Shown in pieces: positions 33,261 through 43,473 of a stretch of DNA of 64,000 nt. The notes under the pieces are model-generated. The model ran no database searches, had not been told where the DNA came from, and saw only the letters and a program-made list of their open reading frames with translations. The stretch is from Ignavibacteriota bacterium (GTDB taxonomy: Bacteria > Bacteroidota > Ignavibacteria > UBA10030). The stretch lies in contig CAVSHO010000011.1 of the NCBI GenBank assembly GCA_963727825.1, forward strand, positions 96,001-160,000, given 5' to 3'. Position 1 is the stretch's first letter. Each line of letters begins with the position of its first letter. A program made the translations under genes and the position numbers.

Positions 33261-34596
33261 GTAATAGCCATTTTTCGTTTTTTTCAATATTCCAGTATCG
33301 TTAGCTTTCTTTAACAATCGGTCAATTGTGCGTTCATTTGTACTCTAATGGCTTGCATCGCTCCTGAATTTCCTTTCGTGAAAGCTCAGTTGCATCACCA
33401 AAGATGCTCTTAAAATCAATGCTTTCTTGTGCTGTCTGTGTTTCCATTGCAATATGTTCTCCTTCGTCTGTTTCACCTTCATCCTTGAACCACAGATTTT
33501 CTGGGTCAAGCGAAAGCAATCTACACTTTCTCATATCATCCGATATATGTCTTCCTTTTAGAGGTTTGATAATCCTTTTTCCCTCATTGGATGACGAACG
33601 TCTGATTTGTAATGTAGTGTCTGCGCTACCACCAAAAACATTGGAGCCTCTCATCTGGTCATTGTGCATACGTTGATATTGTGAACCTTTCTTGGTGTGA
33701 TGAACAATCAACACAGCAAGCCCGTATCTATCCCGTAGAGTCATGAATTGCCTCATCAATGCTTTCATCTGGGAACTGTCATTCTCATTTTTGTTGTCAT
33801 AGGTAAAGTAGAGGCAATCTACCACAATCAAGCAGGGTTTTTCTTGTTGGCAGGTCTCATTCAAGGTCTCCCAGCAATTATCAAGTGCAGGTACTTCTTT
33901 AGGAATAATTATGTTTGAAATATCGCCAAGAGCTGGGAGTCTATCGACCATCTTTTGCAATCTCCGTGCAAAATCAGGGAAAGACAACTCATTATTTAAA
34001 AACAATACTTTGCCATGCTTTTCAATATCGTATGAAAGCCATTGCTTAGCACCTACCGCAATAGAGAGAGCAAGATTCATTGCAAGCAAGCTTTTTCCAC
34101 AACCTTCTTCACCCATCAAGAAATTTACTGACATGTCAGAAATAAGATTTTTAATAAGGAACGATTCTTTTGGTATTTCCATCATGGCAATATCCAGAGC
34201 AGTAAAATTCTCGAATTGGAAACACTGATTGTCTTTTGAGTAGGAAGAATTCAAGAGAGTCGTATTTTTTTCTTCTGATTCAATAGCAATCGGCTTATGA
34301 TTCATCAATCTAATAGCCGCCTCCCTGAACCCTCCATTCAAGGGGACAGCGGTATATGTAATATCATTAATCACGCTTGTTTGCTCTGGAAGATGTTCCA
34401 AGCATGCTTTAATGTCTAAAAGTGTGCTTGGTTTCTTCATTTCATCGTTCAAAGATTCAAACAGTTTTCTGTATTCCGGTAATTCAAAAGCATCACTGTT
34501 AAACCCTTCAGGCAATTCTTCAAATGTAGAGGGCATAAGTAGTAAGGTTGCCAAAACCTGCCGTTCTGCCATTTCTCTCCGTTCCATCACACTCAT
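33252..34596 (-). CDS. RecA/RepA-type AAA_25 helicase; last ~28 codons in another frame after an extra A near 33337
   Basis: Walker A GEEGCGKS, Walker B LIVVD, VHHTKK, RGS; removing one A extends the ORF with NERTIDRLLKKA...GYYSL. Confidence 0.85.
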
Positions 34597-35009
34597 TTGT
34601 GTACCTCAAACAAATCACCTTGACTGTGTAGTTGTTTCTCATAGTCCAAAGATTTCTTTTCCCCCCATAGGTCGAATGGAAGAAATACTTGGGTATCACC
34701 TGACTTTTCATATGTGAACACTTTCCCATAATTAAGGAGATACATTTTTGTTGTGAAGAGTTTCTGACCGCAATACTCGACACAAATCCATTTAAAATCG
34801 AAGCGTTGAAGCAATTCAAGATTCACACCAAGAGAATTGGTCTTCCGGTGCAAGTGTTTCTCCTTTCGTTTACAAAGGAATGTTCCTTCTCCAGCTTTGT
34901 CTAACTTGCCAACATAACGAGTCTCGAATGGTAAACGAAGTTCCACCGTCCAAATGCTCGATAATTTTGTTGGACTCAGGAAAATATTTTGTATATTGAA
35001 TTGTAGCAT
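34593..35009 (-). CDS. Hypothetical protein of element 1
   Basis: Overlaps the helicase start, RBS upstream. Confidence 0.65.
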   Translation of the reverse strand: MLQFNIQNIFLSPTKLSSIWTVELRLPFETRYVGKLDKAGEGTFLCKRKEKHLHRKTNSLGVNLELLQRFDFKWICVEYCGQKLFTTKMYLLNYGKVFTYEKSGDTQVFLPFDLWGEKKSLDYEKQLHSQGDLFEVHK

Positions 35010-35265
35010 AACAAAGTCCTTTCTGGATTTTAACGGGCTGAATCAAGGTCTGAACTTGAACAGCCCGTTTTTGTTACCTCGACGGTAACAAAATAAAAAG
35101 CCAATAATGAGAAGAAGAACCGCCAAGTTCCTTCTCGCTATCGGCTTCAAAAAAGCATTTATTATGTAAGCGGTTCTTTTGCACGCTTACAATTTATATT
35201 AATATAGTTCTATTCTTTAGGAAGAACACTTCCAAAAAAGGGAAGAACGCTTCCCCAATATTCAA

Positions 35266-35877
35266 CTAATCAACAATCGGCTTTGCCTTTCTTTTTTCAT
35301 TTAAGTGTCTTTTGCGATATTGCTTCTCAAAACTATCTCTATTGAAACGATATTTCAGAGCAACTTCATCAAGCGCTGAAGTCTGCTTGTAACTCTTCGT
35401 ACTCACCAAATCATCTACCTCTTCAAAATGCTTAGTTTCAAATTTCAAATTTGCTACTGGTCTATTATGAAGAAGATTTTCCGTCTTTTCTATTCTTTCA
35501 ATAAAGAATTGTCTGAACTGTCTTCCGTCTTCCTCATTCGGAAAGTTTACTATTTCTCCAGCTTTGTTTGCGTGCCGACATTCATCTGCAAGGAATGCAA
35601 CCCCTCTTTCAAAACATTCTTCTGCGACAAAATGCAAATCGTAAATATTCCTAAATACAACGTTTCCATTTTTTTTTATCAAGACTAATGGTTTCGTACT
35701 ATCGACGTTATAAACGTGATAATCGACTTTCAATTTTTTTTTCCATGCTTTTTTTTTATCTAAAGAACGGATAAACCTAATAAGTTCACGACCATGCTCA
35801 TAAAGAATGTCCCAGGTTTTCGCATTAATATCTATTTCTCGAAATTCCTTAATATACTCGTCACTCCATTGTTTCAT
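35266..35877 (-). CDS. Hypothetical protein, possible C-terminal HTH
   Basis: RBS aagga; C-terminal SALDEVALKYRFNRDSFEKQYRK helix pattern. Confidence 0.6.
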   Translation of the reverse strand: MKQWSDEYIKEFREIDINAKTWDILYEHGRELIRFIRSLDKKKAWKKKLKVDYHVYNVDSTKPLVLIKKNGNVVFRNIYDLHFVAEECFERGVAFLADECRHANKAGEIVNFPNEEDGRQFRQFFIERIEKTENLLHNRPVANLKFETKHFEEVDDLVSTKSYKQTSALDEVALKYRFNRDSFEKQYRKRHLNEKRKAKPIVD

Positions 35878-36061
35878 TGCAAATTCCTTTCTTTATTTCC
35901 TTTTACCTTTTTCACCTTATTACAAAAACAGAAAGCCCCAAGCGTCCGGTATAGGCTTCGCCAAAAGCCTTTCTTAACGCTCAGGGCTATCAATCTTCTC
36001 AATGAAGAGAAGTAAATCCTGTATTTTGTGTTGGCGAATTTCTACCGGAGAAAAAAATAAA

Positions 36062-36781
36062 TCAATTTATTTTCTTATAAAGTTTTGAATCAATTACATC
36101 TGCGTTCAACCAACCAAAATCAGTATATTTAGTGGCAGATTCAGAATAATCAGTACGCTTAAAGTATGTATCATATCGGTTCCAATTCTTAATCCATCCA
36201 TGTAATTCTATTTTTGCTTCATTAAATTCGTTAGCACATAGAGTGTTTATAAGAGATAATTCATTCCTTCCGTTATACTTTTTGATTATCATTCTTGCTG
36301 TATCAGGATTCGTAGTAAAGTTATAAAGTTGGAATGCTTGAAGAATTTTTTCTCGTCTATCTTGATTTTCGTAAGATAAGGTTGATTCATTTGAATAATT
36401 GTTCGATAAATAATTATCCATATCAAATAGATAAGATTCATTGTTTAATGCAAATTCCAAAAGATAGTTGAGTCTGCGTATTTCATTCACATAAATTCTC
36501 CTAAGAGAATCTTGTCCATATTTTTCAAAGTAGATTAATTTTTGTTCTAACGAATCAATAAAATATCCTCCACGATGTGCTTCTGTAACCATAAAACGCT
36601 TTTGTGTCAATTGATTCTCATATATATCTCCAACATCAACTTTCTGAAACCATGTGATATTTTCATACAGCCATTGACCACCTTGTATCGCAAGTGAGAT
36701 GCAATATGCGATTGCAACCATACCGAGGAAGGAGAATATTAATATTTTTGCTTCCCTCATGTTCATCTTACTAAATGTCAT
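36062..36781 (-). CDS. Hypothetical membrane-anchored protein
   Basis: N-terminal TM, AT-rich ORF. Confidence 0.6.
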   Translation of the reverse strand: MTFSKMNMREAKILIFSFLGMVAIAYCISLAIQGGQWLYENITWFQKVDVGDIYENQLTQKRFMVTEAHRGGYFIDSLEQKLIYFEKYGQDSLRRIYVNEIRRLNYLLEFALNNESYLFDMDNYLSNNYSNESTLSYENQDRREKILQAFQLYNFTTNPDTARMIIKKYNGRNELSLINTLCANEFNEAKIELHGWIKNWNRYDTYFKRTDYSESATKYTDFGWLNADVIDSKLYKKIN

Positions 36782-36809
36782 TTTCCCATTTTTGAGACAG
36801 CTTGTATTT

Positions 36810-37163
36810 CTAAAACCATCTGGTCACTAAAACACCGCTTGAATCATAGGTCATAGAGTTAGGCGTTATGCTAACATTAAATATTGTTGAAGAAGTACCA
36901 CCAGATTGTAGCGTGCCAACTTTCCACCCTATCATTGGGGTGGCATTCCATAATATATATATATTTGTAATTGGTATCGAAGCATTGTTTTTTACTAACC
37001 AGATATGTGCGCTTCCATCCAGCTTGGTTACCGTATCTCCTATACATGTAACTGTAATCGAGTAACCTGTTGTTGGCTTTTGCGCGTTAGTCTGCTCTAC
37101 TGGATTGCTCTTTTTACATCCAAGCAATAGTATTAATGGAATTACTAAATATAGGTGTTTCAT
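36810..37163 (-). CDS. Hypothetical lipoprotein
   Basis: Lipobox LLGC followed by KKSNPV. Confidence 0.7.
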   Translation of the reverse strand: MKHLYLVIPLILLLGCKKSNPVEQTNAQKPTTGYSITVTCIGDTVTKLDGSAHIWLVKNNASIPITNIYILWNATPMIGWKVGTLQSGGTSSTIFNVSITPNSMTYDSSGVLVTRWF

Positions 37164-37325
37164 AATATCTCTTAAAAATTAATGGTTCTGTATGTGGAAT
37201 TATACATATATATCTAAGAAAATCAATTAAACCCTCTTCAAATCACGTCACATTCTTCTATTAAGAAATAGAAAGCCGACCTCTTTGGGTCGCCTTGAAG
37301 CCTTAGCAATATTGCATTTGTCTTA

Positions 37326-38528
37326 CTATCTCAACAAAATCAGTTTTTTCGTTTCTGTAAATGAACAAGCTTGCAGACGATAGAAGTAGATACCACTCGA
37401 CATATTTGCAGCATTCCATTGACGCGAATAACTTCCTGCCGACATTTCTTCTGAGACGATAGTTGCAATTTCTCTTCCCATAATATCAAACACCTTCAAC
37501 GAGACAAAAGATTTTGATGGAAGATTAAATGAAATAGTTGTTGTAGGATTAAACGGGTTTGGATAGTTCTGGTCAAGACTGAAATGTGTCGGTAAGTCGG
37601 TGGAGAACCTCTCTACTGAGGTCATCTCTAACAACGGTCGTCTCCAAACGCCGAATAAATCAGTCCCAGCAAAGAGATTCGTGCCGCTTACGACAAGAGA
37701 CATGACACCATTGTAAGTAAGTCCTTGAGACTCCCAATTCCAGCTTGTGCCGTTATTAGTCGAAAGAAAGACGGCGTCGCCACCACAAGTCCCAGCAAAT
37801 AGATTTGTACCGGAGACAGCAAAAGCAGTGACAGGAAGAAGTTCCAATCTAAAACCGTTATTGACCGCAGTCCAGCTTGTGCCGTTGTTGGAAGAACGAT
37901 ACACACCACCATCGGTTCCTGCAAAGATATACGTGCTGGAGTTGGCAAGAACACGGACAGTCAAATTATTCAAACCAGTATTAACCGCAGTCCAACTCGT
38001 TCCGTTGTTAGTGGAAAGAAAGACGCCACCATTATTAGTCCCTGCAAAGAGATTCGTGCCGCTTACGGCAAGAGCATAGACAGTAGCATTAATTGTTCCG
38101 ACTTTAGTCCAGCTTGTGCCGTTGTTGGTGGAAAGGAAGACACCGCTACCTGCAGCAAAGAAATTTGAACCGGAAACGGCAAAACTCTGAACTCCATAAC
38201 CGTTTGGAATCCCATTGTTCACAGCGTTCCAACTTGTGCCATTGTTAGTGGAAAGAAAGACGCCACCGCCACCAGTCGCAGCAAAGAGTTTCGTGTCAAT
38301 AACGGCAAAAGCAAAAACGTTCGTTAATCCATCATTAATCCAGCTTGTACCGTTGTTGGTGGAAAGAAAGACGCCGTCGCCATAAGTCCCAGCAAATAGA
38401 TTTGTACCGGAGACGGCAAAAGCAGTGACATAAGTATTCGTGGAGACATGAATCCATTGGGAAAACGAAATATTCGGATTGATAAAGATAGCAAGTAGTA
38501 ACCAATAATGTCTTATTGAATTTTTCAT
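37326..38528 (-). CDS. T9SS-secreted BNR/Asp-box repeat protein
   Basis: Signal peptide, repeated GVFLSTNNGTSW, C-terminal QNYPNPFNP sorting domain. Confidence 0.9.
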   Translation of the reverse strand: MKNSIRHYWLLLAIFINPNISFSQWIHVSTNTYVTAFAVSGTNLFAGTYGDGVFLSTNNGTSWINDGLTNVFAFAVIDTKLFAATGGGGVFLSTNNGTSWNAVNNGIPNGYGVQSFAVSGSNFFAAGSGVFLSTNNGTSWTKVGTINATVYALAVSGTNLFAGTNNGGVFLSTNNGTSWTAVNTGLNNLTVRVLANSSTYIFAGTDGGVYRSSNNGTSWTAVNNGFRLELLPVTAFAVSGTNLFAGTCGGDAVFLSTNNGTSWNWESQGLTYNGVMSLVVSGTNLFAGTDLFGVWRRPLLEMTSVERFSTDLPTHFSLDQNYPNPFNPTTTISFNLPSKSFVSLKVFDIMGREIATIVSEEMSAGSYSRQWNAANMSSGIYFYRLQACSFTETKKLILLR

Positions 38529-38840
38529 ACGAAAGCTCCTTGCTATTATTGGTAAGAAGGCTGATAGGCATTTGTATTTTACTAAATACCAAAAATACAA
38601 GCAACTACTTTCAAGAGTGTACTTTTACAAAAAAAATATGAGTTATACACTTTCCGTATGAGGTGTATATTTATAGGCTTTACCCCTTGCTTATTAAAAT
38701 CTGGAGAGTTCTTTAACCCCTCCCCCTATTTTTTCAACTATATGCCGTTTAAAACATACCGCCTTTGGGGTTCGACGCTTTTCACTACTCACCCCAGTTA
38801 TTGCCATTATCTTTCCAAATTTGCATTAAGACTGACTTTC

Positions 38841-39927
38841 TCAGTTCATAGATACCGAAATCTTGTTCACCTCAGCATGTAGGCTCTCAGTCTGTAAATG
38901 GCTGTATATCTGAGTTGTTTTTACGTCTGAGTGTCCAAGCAAGTCTTTAATCACATATACAGAAGTACCATCCTGAGCAAGCCACGAAGCAAACGAGTGC
39001 CGGAGTGAATGAAAATGTATATCCTGATTGCTGAGGTTCGCAAGTCTCACATAGCGCTTGAACAAGTGTGTAATCCAATCGGCAAAGATTTGCTTGCCGT
39101 TCATTGTGAACACATAGCCGGAAGCATCTTTACCTTGTTTTGCTTGCAGAATGTAGAGAGCGGTATCGCTCAATGGTATTATTCTCATTCTACCGGCTTT
39201 TGTGCGAAAGGTTGGAGTGCTTTCGATGTATAGCAACTTCCGGCTGAGGTCAATACTATTCCATTTCAGGTTCACTAATTCCCCTCTACGTAGTCCGGTG
39301 CTCACAGCAAAGATAATGATTTCCTTCAACCAGCTTTCTTCAATCACACCTAACAATTTTTGAAATTCAAGTTTCGTGAGGAATGTCGGTTTATTCTCCG
39401 GTACCTTCACCAGTTGAATTTTGAATGGATTGCTTTCGAGTAGCTTCCACCTTACGGCTGTATTGAAGAAAGCCCTCAGCGTTCGGAGTTCGATATTTAC
39501 AGTTACCGGCCTCACAATTTTCTCTATCTCTGTTTTGTGTCCATCTTTAATCATTATTACCACCTTGACAGGCTTTTGTCTCTCTGTTTTGTATGCATCA
39601 AAATGCTGAGGTGTATAATTGGCAAGCGGAAAGTCTCCGATGTATTCTATAAAATTCCGGAGAGATGCCTTGTAGATTGCTACAGTGCCTTTAGAGAAGC
39701 TTCCTTCAGCATAGGCAAGGAAAGGTGCTGAGAAATTCAGATAAGAGCATATGCTTGGCTTTCTGCCTTCGTTCGTATTCATCACTTTTGAAAGTTTGAA
39801 GGAACTTGAGAGCATCGGTTTTGTATTGGCAATGAGTGGAAACCCGTTTCCTTTTCCCTTGTTCATTGAAATAGAAAAGGTAATACGTGCCATTGGAATG
39901 TTTGGAGAGGAACATCGGAAGCCCCAT
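38841..39927 (-). pseudogene. Tyrosine integrase of element 1, with a +1 frameshift near 39722
   Basis: STGLRRGEL, HFHSLRHSFASW, LGHS..TTQIY; its N-terminus (39706..39927) matches the intact paralog at 60610; the indel may be a sequencing error. Confidence 0.85.
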
Positions 39928-40005
39928 TTTCTGAGGCAGAAGGTGCTTAAATAAGTACTTACGAAGAAAAGAAATGCAGAAATTGAAATGCTTTGAAGGA
40001 AATTT

Positions 40006-40060
40006 ACGCCTGGCCTACAGCTCCGGAGGCTGTCGCTCTATCCAGCTGAGCTACGGGCGC
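40006..40060 (-). pseudogene. 5' fragment of tRNA-Arg(CCG) (att site)
   Basis: Identical to the first 55 nt of the tRNA at 32477-32550; ends at the first T of the T-loop. Confidence 0.93.
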
Positions 40061-40126
40061 AAGAATGCTGGTTCACTAATCTAATGTATTGAAGTTTTTA
40101 AAGAGATTCAAATGATAGGCAAATCC

Positions 40127-40237
40127 TGTAGTGTCTCAATTTAATATTACTGGCGATTGATGTCAGGAGTTTCCTCCTGACATCCAACAGGATCGGTCAG
40201 GACGTAAGTCCTGACCGCACGAAACTGAGACACTACC
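40127..40237. mobile_element. 111-bp MITE with (G)GTAGTGTCTCA terminal inverted repeats and two internal REP-like hairpins
   Basis: TSD gcaaatcc at 40119-40126 and 40238-40245; hairpins gatgtcagga..tcctgacatc and cggtcagga..tcctgaccg. Confidence 0.85.
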
Positions 40238-40323
40238 GCAAATCCTGTTTGTTGTCTTCGTGGATTCCTATCAGAACAATCTCTGCTATTTTGTTTCCTG
40301 ATACTCTTACAACGCATAAGAGA

Positions 40324-41349
40324 TTATTTGCACATATCCAAAGTATCCTGAGAGACATGATAACCAAGTTCTGTCACTTTCAAGAAGTCTCTTATGGCAT
40401 CACTCTTTTGGTTAACTATCAAGTATGTTCGTCCTCTACCATAGTATGCATCTATATAATCCGGCTTTAGCTCAATTGCATGGGTAAAATCGGTATTGGC
40501 TCCCTGATAATCTTTAAGGTCAGACTTTGCTATCCCTCTGCTGTTGTAGGCCTCTGCGTAATTCGGTTTCAGCTCGATCGCATATGTGAACCCGGCAATT
40601 GCTCCCTGATAGTCGTTAAGCTTATATTTTGTGCGCCCATTATTAAAGTGTGCGTCTAGATAATCCGGTTTCAGCTTGACTGCTTCTGTGTAATCGCTAA
40701 CTGCGCCCTGATAGTCGTTAAGCTGAAACTTTGCGTTCCCCCTATTATTATACGCGTATGCATTATCCGGGCTTAGTGCAATTAATTCCGTGAAATCTGC
40801 AATCGCGCCTTGATAATCTTTAAGTTCAATCTTTGCTTTCCCTTTGTCAAGGTAAGCATGCAAATTCTCTGGGTTCAACTTGATTGTTTCGATGTAGTCA
40901 GCAATAGCTCCTTGATAATCTTTAAGTACGAACTTTGCATGTGCCATATTATAGTAAGCGAATACATCGTCTGGTTTTAAACCGACTGCTTTTACGAAAT
41001 CAGCAATCGCTCCTTGATAATCTTTAAGTACAGATTTTGCATATCCCCTGTTGTCGTAAGCTTCTACATAATCCGGTTTCAGTTTGATTGTCTCGGTGTA
41101 GTCGGCAATTGTTCCTTGATAGTCATTAAGGCTTGCCTTTGCTTGCGCTCTGCCGTAGAAGGCGTCGGCATAATCCGGTTTTAGATTAATCGCCTCGGTG
41201 AAATCGGCAATTGCTCCCTTATAGTCATTAAGTTCATATTTCTTGTTTGCACTCCCAAACCAATCGGTTGCACTATTCTTTGTCTGAGATAAAGATATGG
41301 CTTGGAGACATGAAACCATTAAGACAAAAACAATCATCTGCTTCTTCAT
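40324..41349 (-). CDS. Secreted tetratricopeptide repeat protein
   Basis: Signal peptide and about nine 34-aa repeats DYQGAIADF..AI.LKPDY..AY..RG. Confidence 0.93.
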   Translation of the reverse strand: MKKQMIVFVLMVSCLQAISLSQTKNSATDWFGSANKKYELNDYKGAIADFTEAINLKPDYADAFYGRAQAKASLNDYQGTIADYTETIKLKPDYVEAYDNRGYAKSVLKDYQGAIADFVKAVGLKPDDVFAYYNMAHAKFVLKDYQGAIADYIETIKLNPENLHAYLDKGKAKIELKDYQGAIADFTELIALSPDNAYAYNNRGNAKFQLNDYQGAVSDYTEAVKLKPDYLDAHFNNGRTKYKLNDYQGAIAGFTYAIELKPNYAEAYNSRGIAKSDLKDYQGANTDFTHAIELKPDYIDAYYGRGRTYLIVNQKSDAIRDFLKVTELGYHVSQDTLDMCK

Positions 41350-41531
41350 TTTTATCCTTTCGTTAATTTAATATTTCCTATTGCCACTAAGAAAAGGTGC
41401 CTTTTTCAATTAGTATTCCTTTTCTCTTTGCTTCTTAATTAGAAATGTTAACAATTCATCATATGATTGTCAACATACTTGAAAATTGGGTAGTGGTGTC
41501 TTTTCGATTTTTTTAAAGTTAGGTAAAATTT

Positions 41532-41780
41532 ATGGATAAAAATAAAAAATTAATGTTTCAAATGAGTGTTGCAATGCCCAAGGCTGAAGCTTTGAGTTTT
41601 GGCAGAACTATGCCCAAAGGTGACAAATACTATATTTACAAGACCAAAGAGAACCCAAGGGCAAGGGACGCGTTTCGGCGGGAAAGCTGGGTATTACTTA
41701 GAGATTTACAAAAAGGCGAAATTGTGACGAGTGGGAGCGCGTTATTTGCAGATAAAAGACAATTACGGACGGTGTCTTAA
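41532..41780 (+). CDS. Hypothetical passenger protein
   Basis: ORF with aggt RBS just inside the left TIR. Confidence 0.5.
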   Translation: MDKNKKLMFQMSVAMPKAEALSFGRTMPKGDKYYIYKTKENPRARDAFRRESWVLLRDLQKGEIVTSGSALFADKRQLRTVS

Positions 41781-41791
41781 TTTGAATCATA

Positions 41792-42538
41792 TTATAATCC
41801 TTTTTGTTGCCGTCTTTTTGCTTTTATTTTTACTTCTTCGGAGATTTGTACGCGAGTATCAGGCGCATTTTTAATTAGCTCAATATTTAGCTCGAATATT
41901 AATTCGTCAATGAGACGCTTTGGATTCCAACGATTAAGTGCTTTGTTAATAATAAAATTACTTAAGTCAAGCTCCGGAGATAATTTTTCTGCTATATATT
42001 CAGATAATTCTTTCTCATCGTTTGGGCTGATTTTTTGAATATTAGCGATGCGTTTTTTACACCAATCCAAAATAAATGGATTAAATATTTTACAGGGTAA
42101 TAGTAGCTCCGAGCCAACTCTTTTTGCTGCCCTCTCGAATATTTGATGTGTTTCTTCGTTTAAAAAGTTCTCATATTTGATTCTGTCTTCTATTGAATTA
42201 ATGCCTTCAAATATCGAAGAATGAATAATTGAATGTCCTACTTCTTCGGCTATCGTAAATTGAGCAGATTTGTTTGACATTATATAGTGGTTTGCATCAA
42301 TAAATATTTCTATCCGATTTTCCTTTAGATTTTTAAAACCAATCCCGTACAAACCAAACAATTGAAGATCGTCTATAATATTAATAGGAATTCGAGCGCG
42401 TTGGGATACAATTTCAATGTTTATTACGGGAACGTTTGGAAGAGTTAGCCACCCATGACTATCTAAAAAAGCTTCTGCGATCTCCCTACAATGCACATAT
42501 GTATAATTTATGGAGCGACAACTTTCAATACCGTTCAT
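41792..42538 (-). CDS. ImmA/IrrE-like metallopeptidase (DUF955)
   Basis: VPVINIE, QFTIAEEVGH (HExxH-like), FE..A...SELLLP; coupled to an XRE gene. Confidence 0.78.
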   Translation of the reverse strand: MNGIESCRSINYTYVHCREIAEAFLDSHGWLTLPNVPVINIEIVSQRARIPINIIDDLQLFGLYGIGFKNLKENRIEIFIDANHYIMSNKSAQFTIAEEVGHSIIHSSIFEGINSIEDRIKYENFLNEETHQIFERAAKRVGSELLLPCKIFNPFILDWCKKRIANIQKISPNDEKELSEYIAEKLSPELDLSNFIINKALNRWNPKRLIDELIFELNIELIKNAPDTRVQISEEVKIKAKRRQQKGL

Positions 42539-42884
42539 TTATAAATGCTGTTACCTTCCGAATCTGTTCTTCTGTCATTTTTTTATTTGCCACTGTACGT
42601 AACAAAAGCGGAATTCCCACAATGTCTTTTATGTCTTTTGCAATATCTTTAGGAAATTGTTCGTTGTCTATAGATGCTTGATCCGCTAAGTTCTTTTTTT
42701 CTTCTATAGTCGCACCTATTCCGTCATTAATCGCATTTATCAATTCCGATTTTTGCGGTGGCGGGATCGTACATCTTTCAACCCGCGAAAGATATGCAAC
42801 GTCTATATCGCTATTATTTGCAAGTTCTCTTAGTGTTATTCCCTTTTGCGTGCGCAATTCGCGCAACATCTCACCATATTTCAT
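42525..42884 (-). CDS. XRE-family HTH transcriptional regulator
   Basis: GEMLRELR..KGITLRELA....VAYLSRVER...PP. Confidence 0.9.
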   Translation of the reverse strand: MKYGEMLRELRTQKGITLRELANNSDIDVAYLSRVERCTIPPPQKSELINAINDGIGATIEEKKNLADQASIDNEQFPKDIAKDIKDIVGIPLLLRTVANKKMTEEQIRKVTAFINERY

Positions 42885-42972
42885 GGCGCCTTCTCCTCAT
42901 GAATGACCTTGTTGTAGTATTACTACAACATAGACAAAGGACGCCATATTGTCAAGAAAAATCCGAGCGTAC

Positions 42973-43473
42973 TTATTCTATCTTTTCCGTATCAACAACG
43001 GTTTTCTCAACTTCTCCACCGTTATTCTTTTTTTCTCGTTCTTTAACCTTATCTGGATAGCGTTCAGCAAGTCCATAGGCTTTTCCATCTTGAGTATCAA
43101 ACTGTACAAACTCTCTGTTTGAACCTAAATAAATAGCCATGTTTTTCAAACTATGTTTTGCTTTCCATGTAGACGGAAATTGAAAATCTCCCTTAGTCAA
43201 TCCGTCCAAGATTTCTTGAGCCGTAGAAGCCCGTCCAGTTTTGCGTAAGAATTCCTTTGTTGAGTCTAACATTGATTTACCGACGAATTCTCTTGGTGGC
43301 GGCTCATATTTACCAATACTGCTATTTGACTGCTCAACATCGATAAATTCCGGTGGTAATCCATTTAAAGCCATAAGTTGATTAATGGCTTTTTTAATTT
43401 CCACTTGACGAACGTCCAAGTTGAGTAATTCGTTGTGTAGTGAATCAATCGCTTTATCTAATTCGTTTGGCAT
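42973..43473 (-). CDS. Hypothetical protein, N-terminal coiled coil plus probable winged-helix
   Basis: ggagg RBS; FLRKTGR..TAQEILDGL..G pattern. Confidence 0.6.
   Translation of the reverse strand: MPNELDKAIDSLHNELLNLDVRQVEIKKAINQLMALNGLPPEFIDVEQSNSSIGKYEPPPREFVGKSMLDSTKEFLRKTGRASTAQEILDGLTKGDFQFPSTWKAKHSLKNMAIYLGSNREFVQFDTQDGKAYGLAERYPDKVKEREKKNNGGEVEKTVVDTEKIE

Larger units (their letters stand above)
32496..40063 (-). mobile_element. Integrated element 1 (satellite/IME-like, ~7.5 kb) in tRNA-Arg(CCG)
   Basis: 58-bp direct repeat 32496-32553 / 40006-40063; integrase, AAA helicase, iteron-like repeats; GTGCTTAAAWAAGTACT at both ends (32625, 39943). Confidence 0.9.

Noticed and set aside
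39706-39927. Programmed frameshift or separate excisionase ORF
   Set aside because: It is the integrase N-terminus, contiguous in the paralogue at 60610; no slippery heptamer, and similar indels occur in housekeeping genes
40324-41349. 102-bp DNA repeats as DGR template/variable repeats
   Set aside because: They are in-frame TPR units; no reverse transcriptase and no adenine-specific mismatch pattern was noticed
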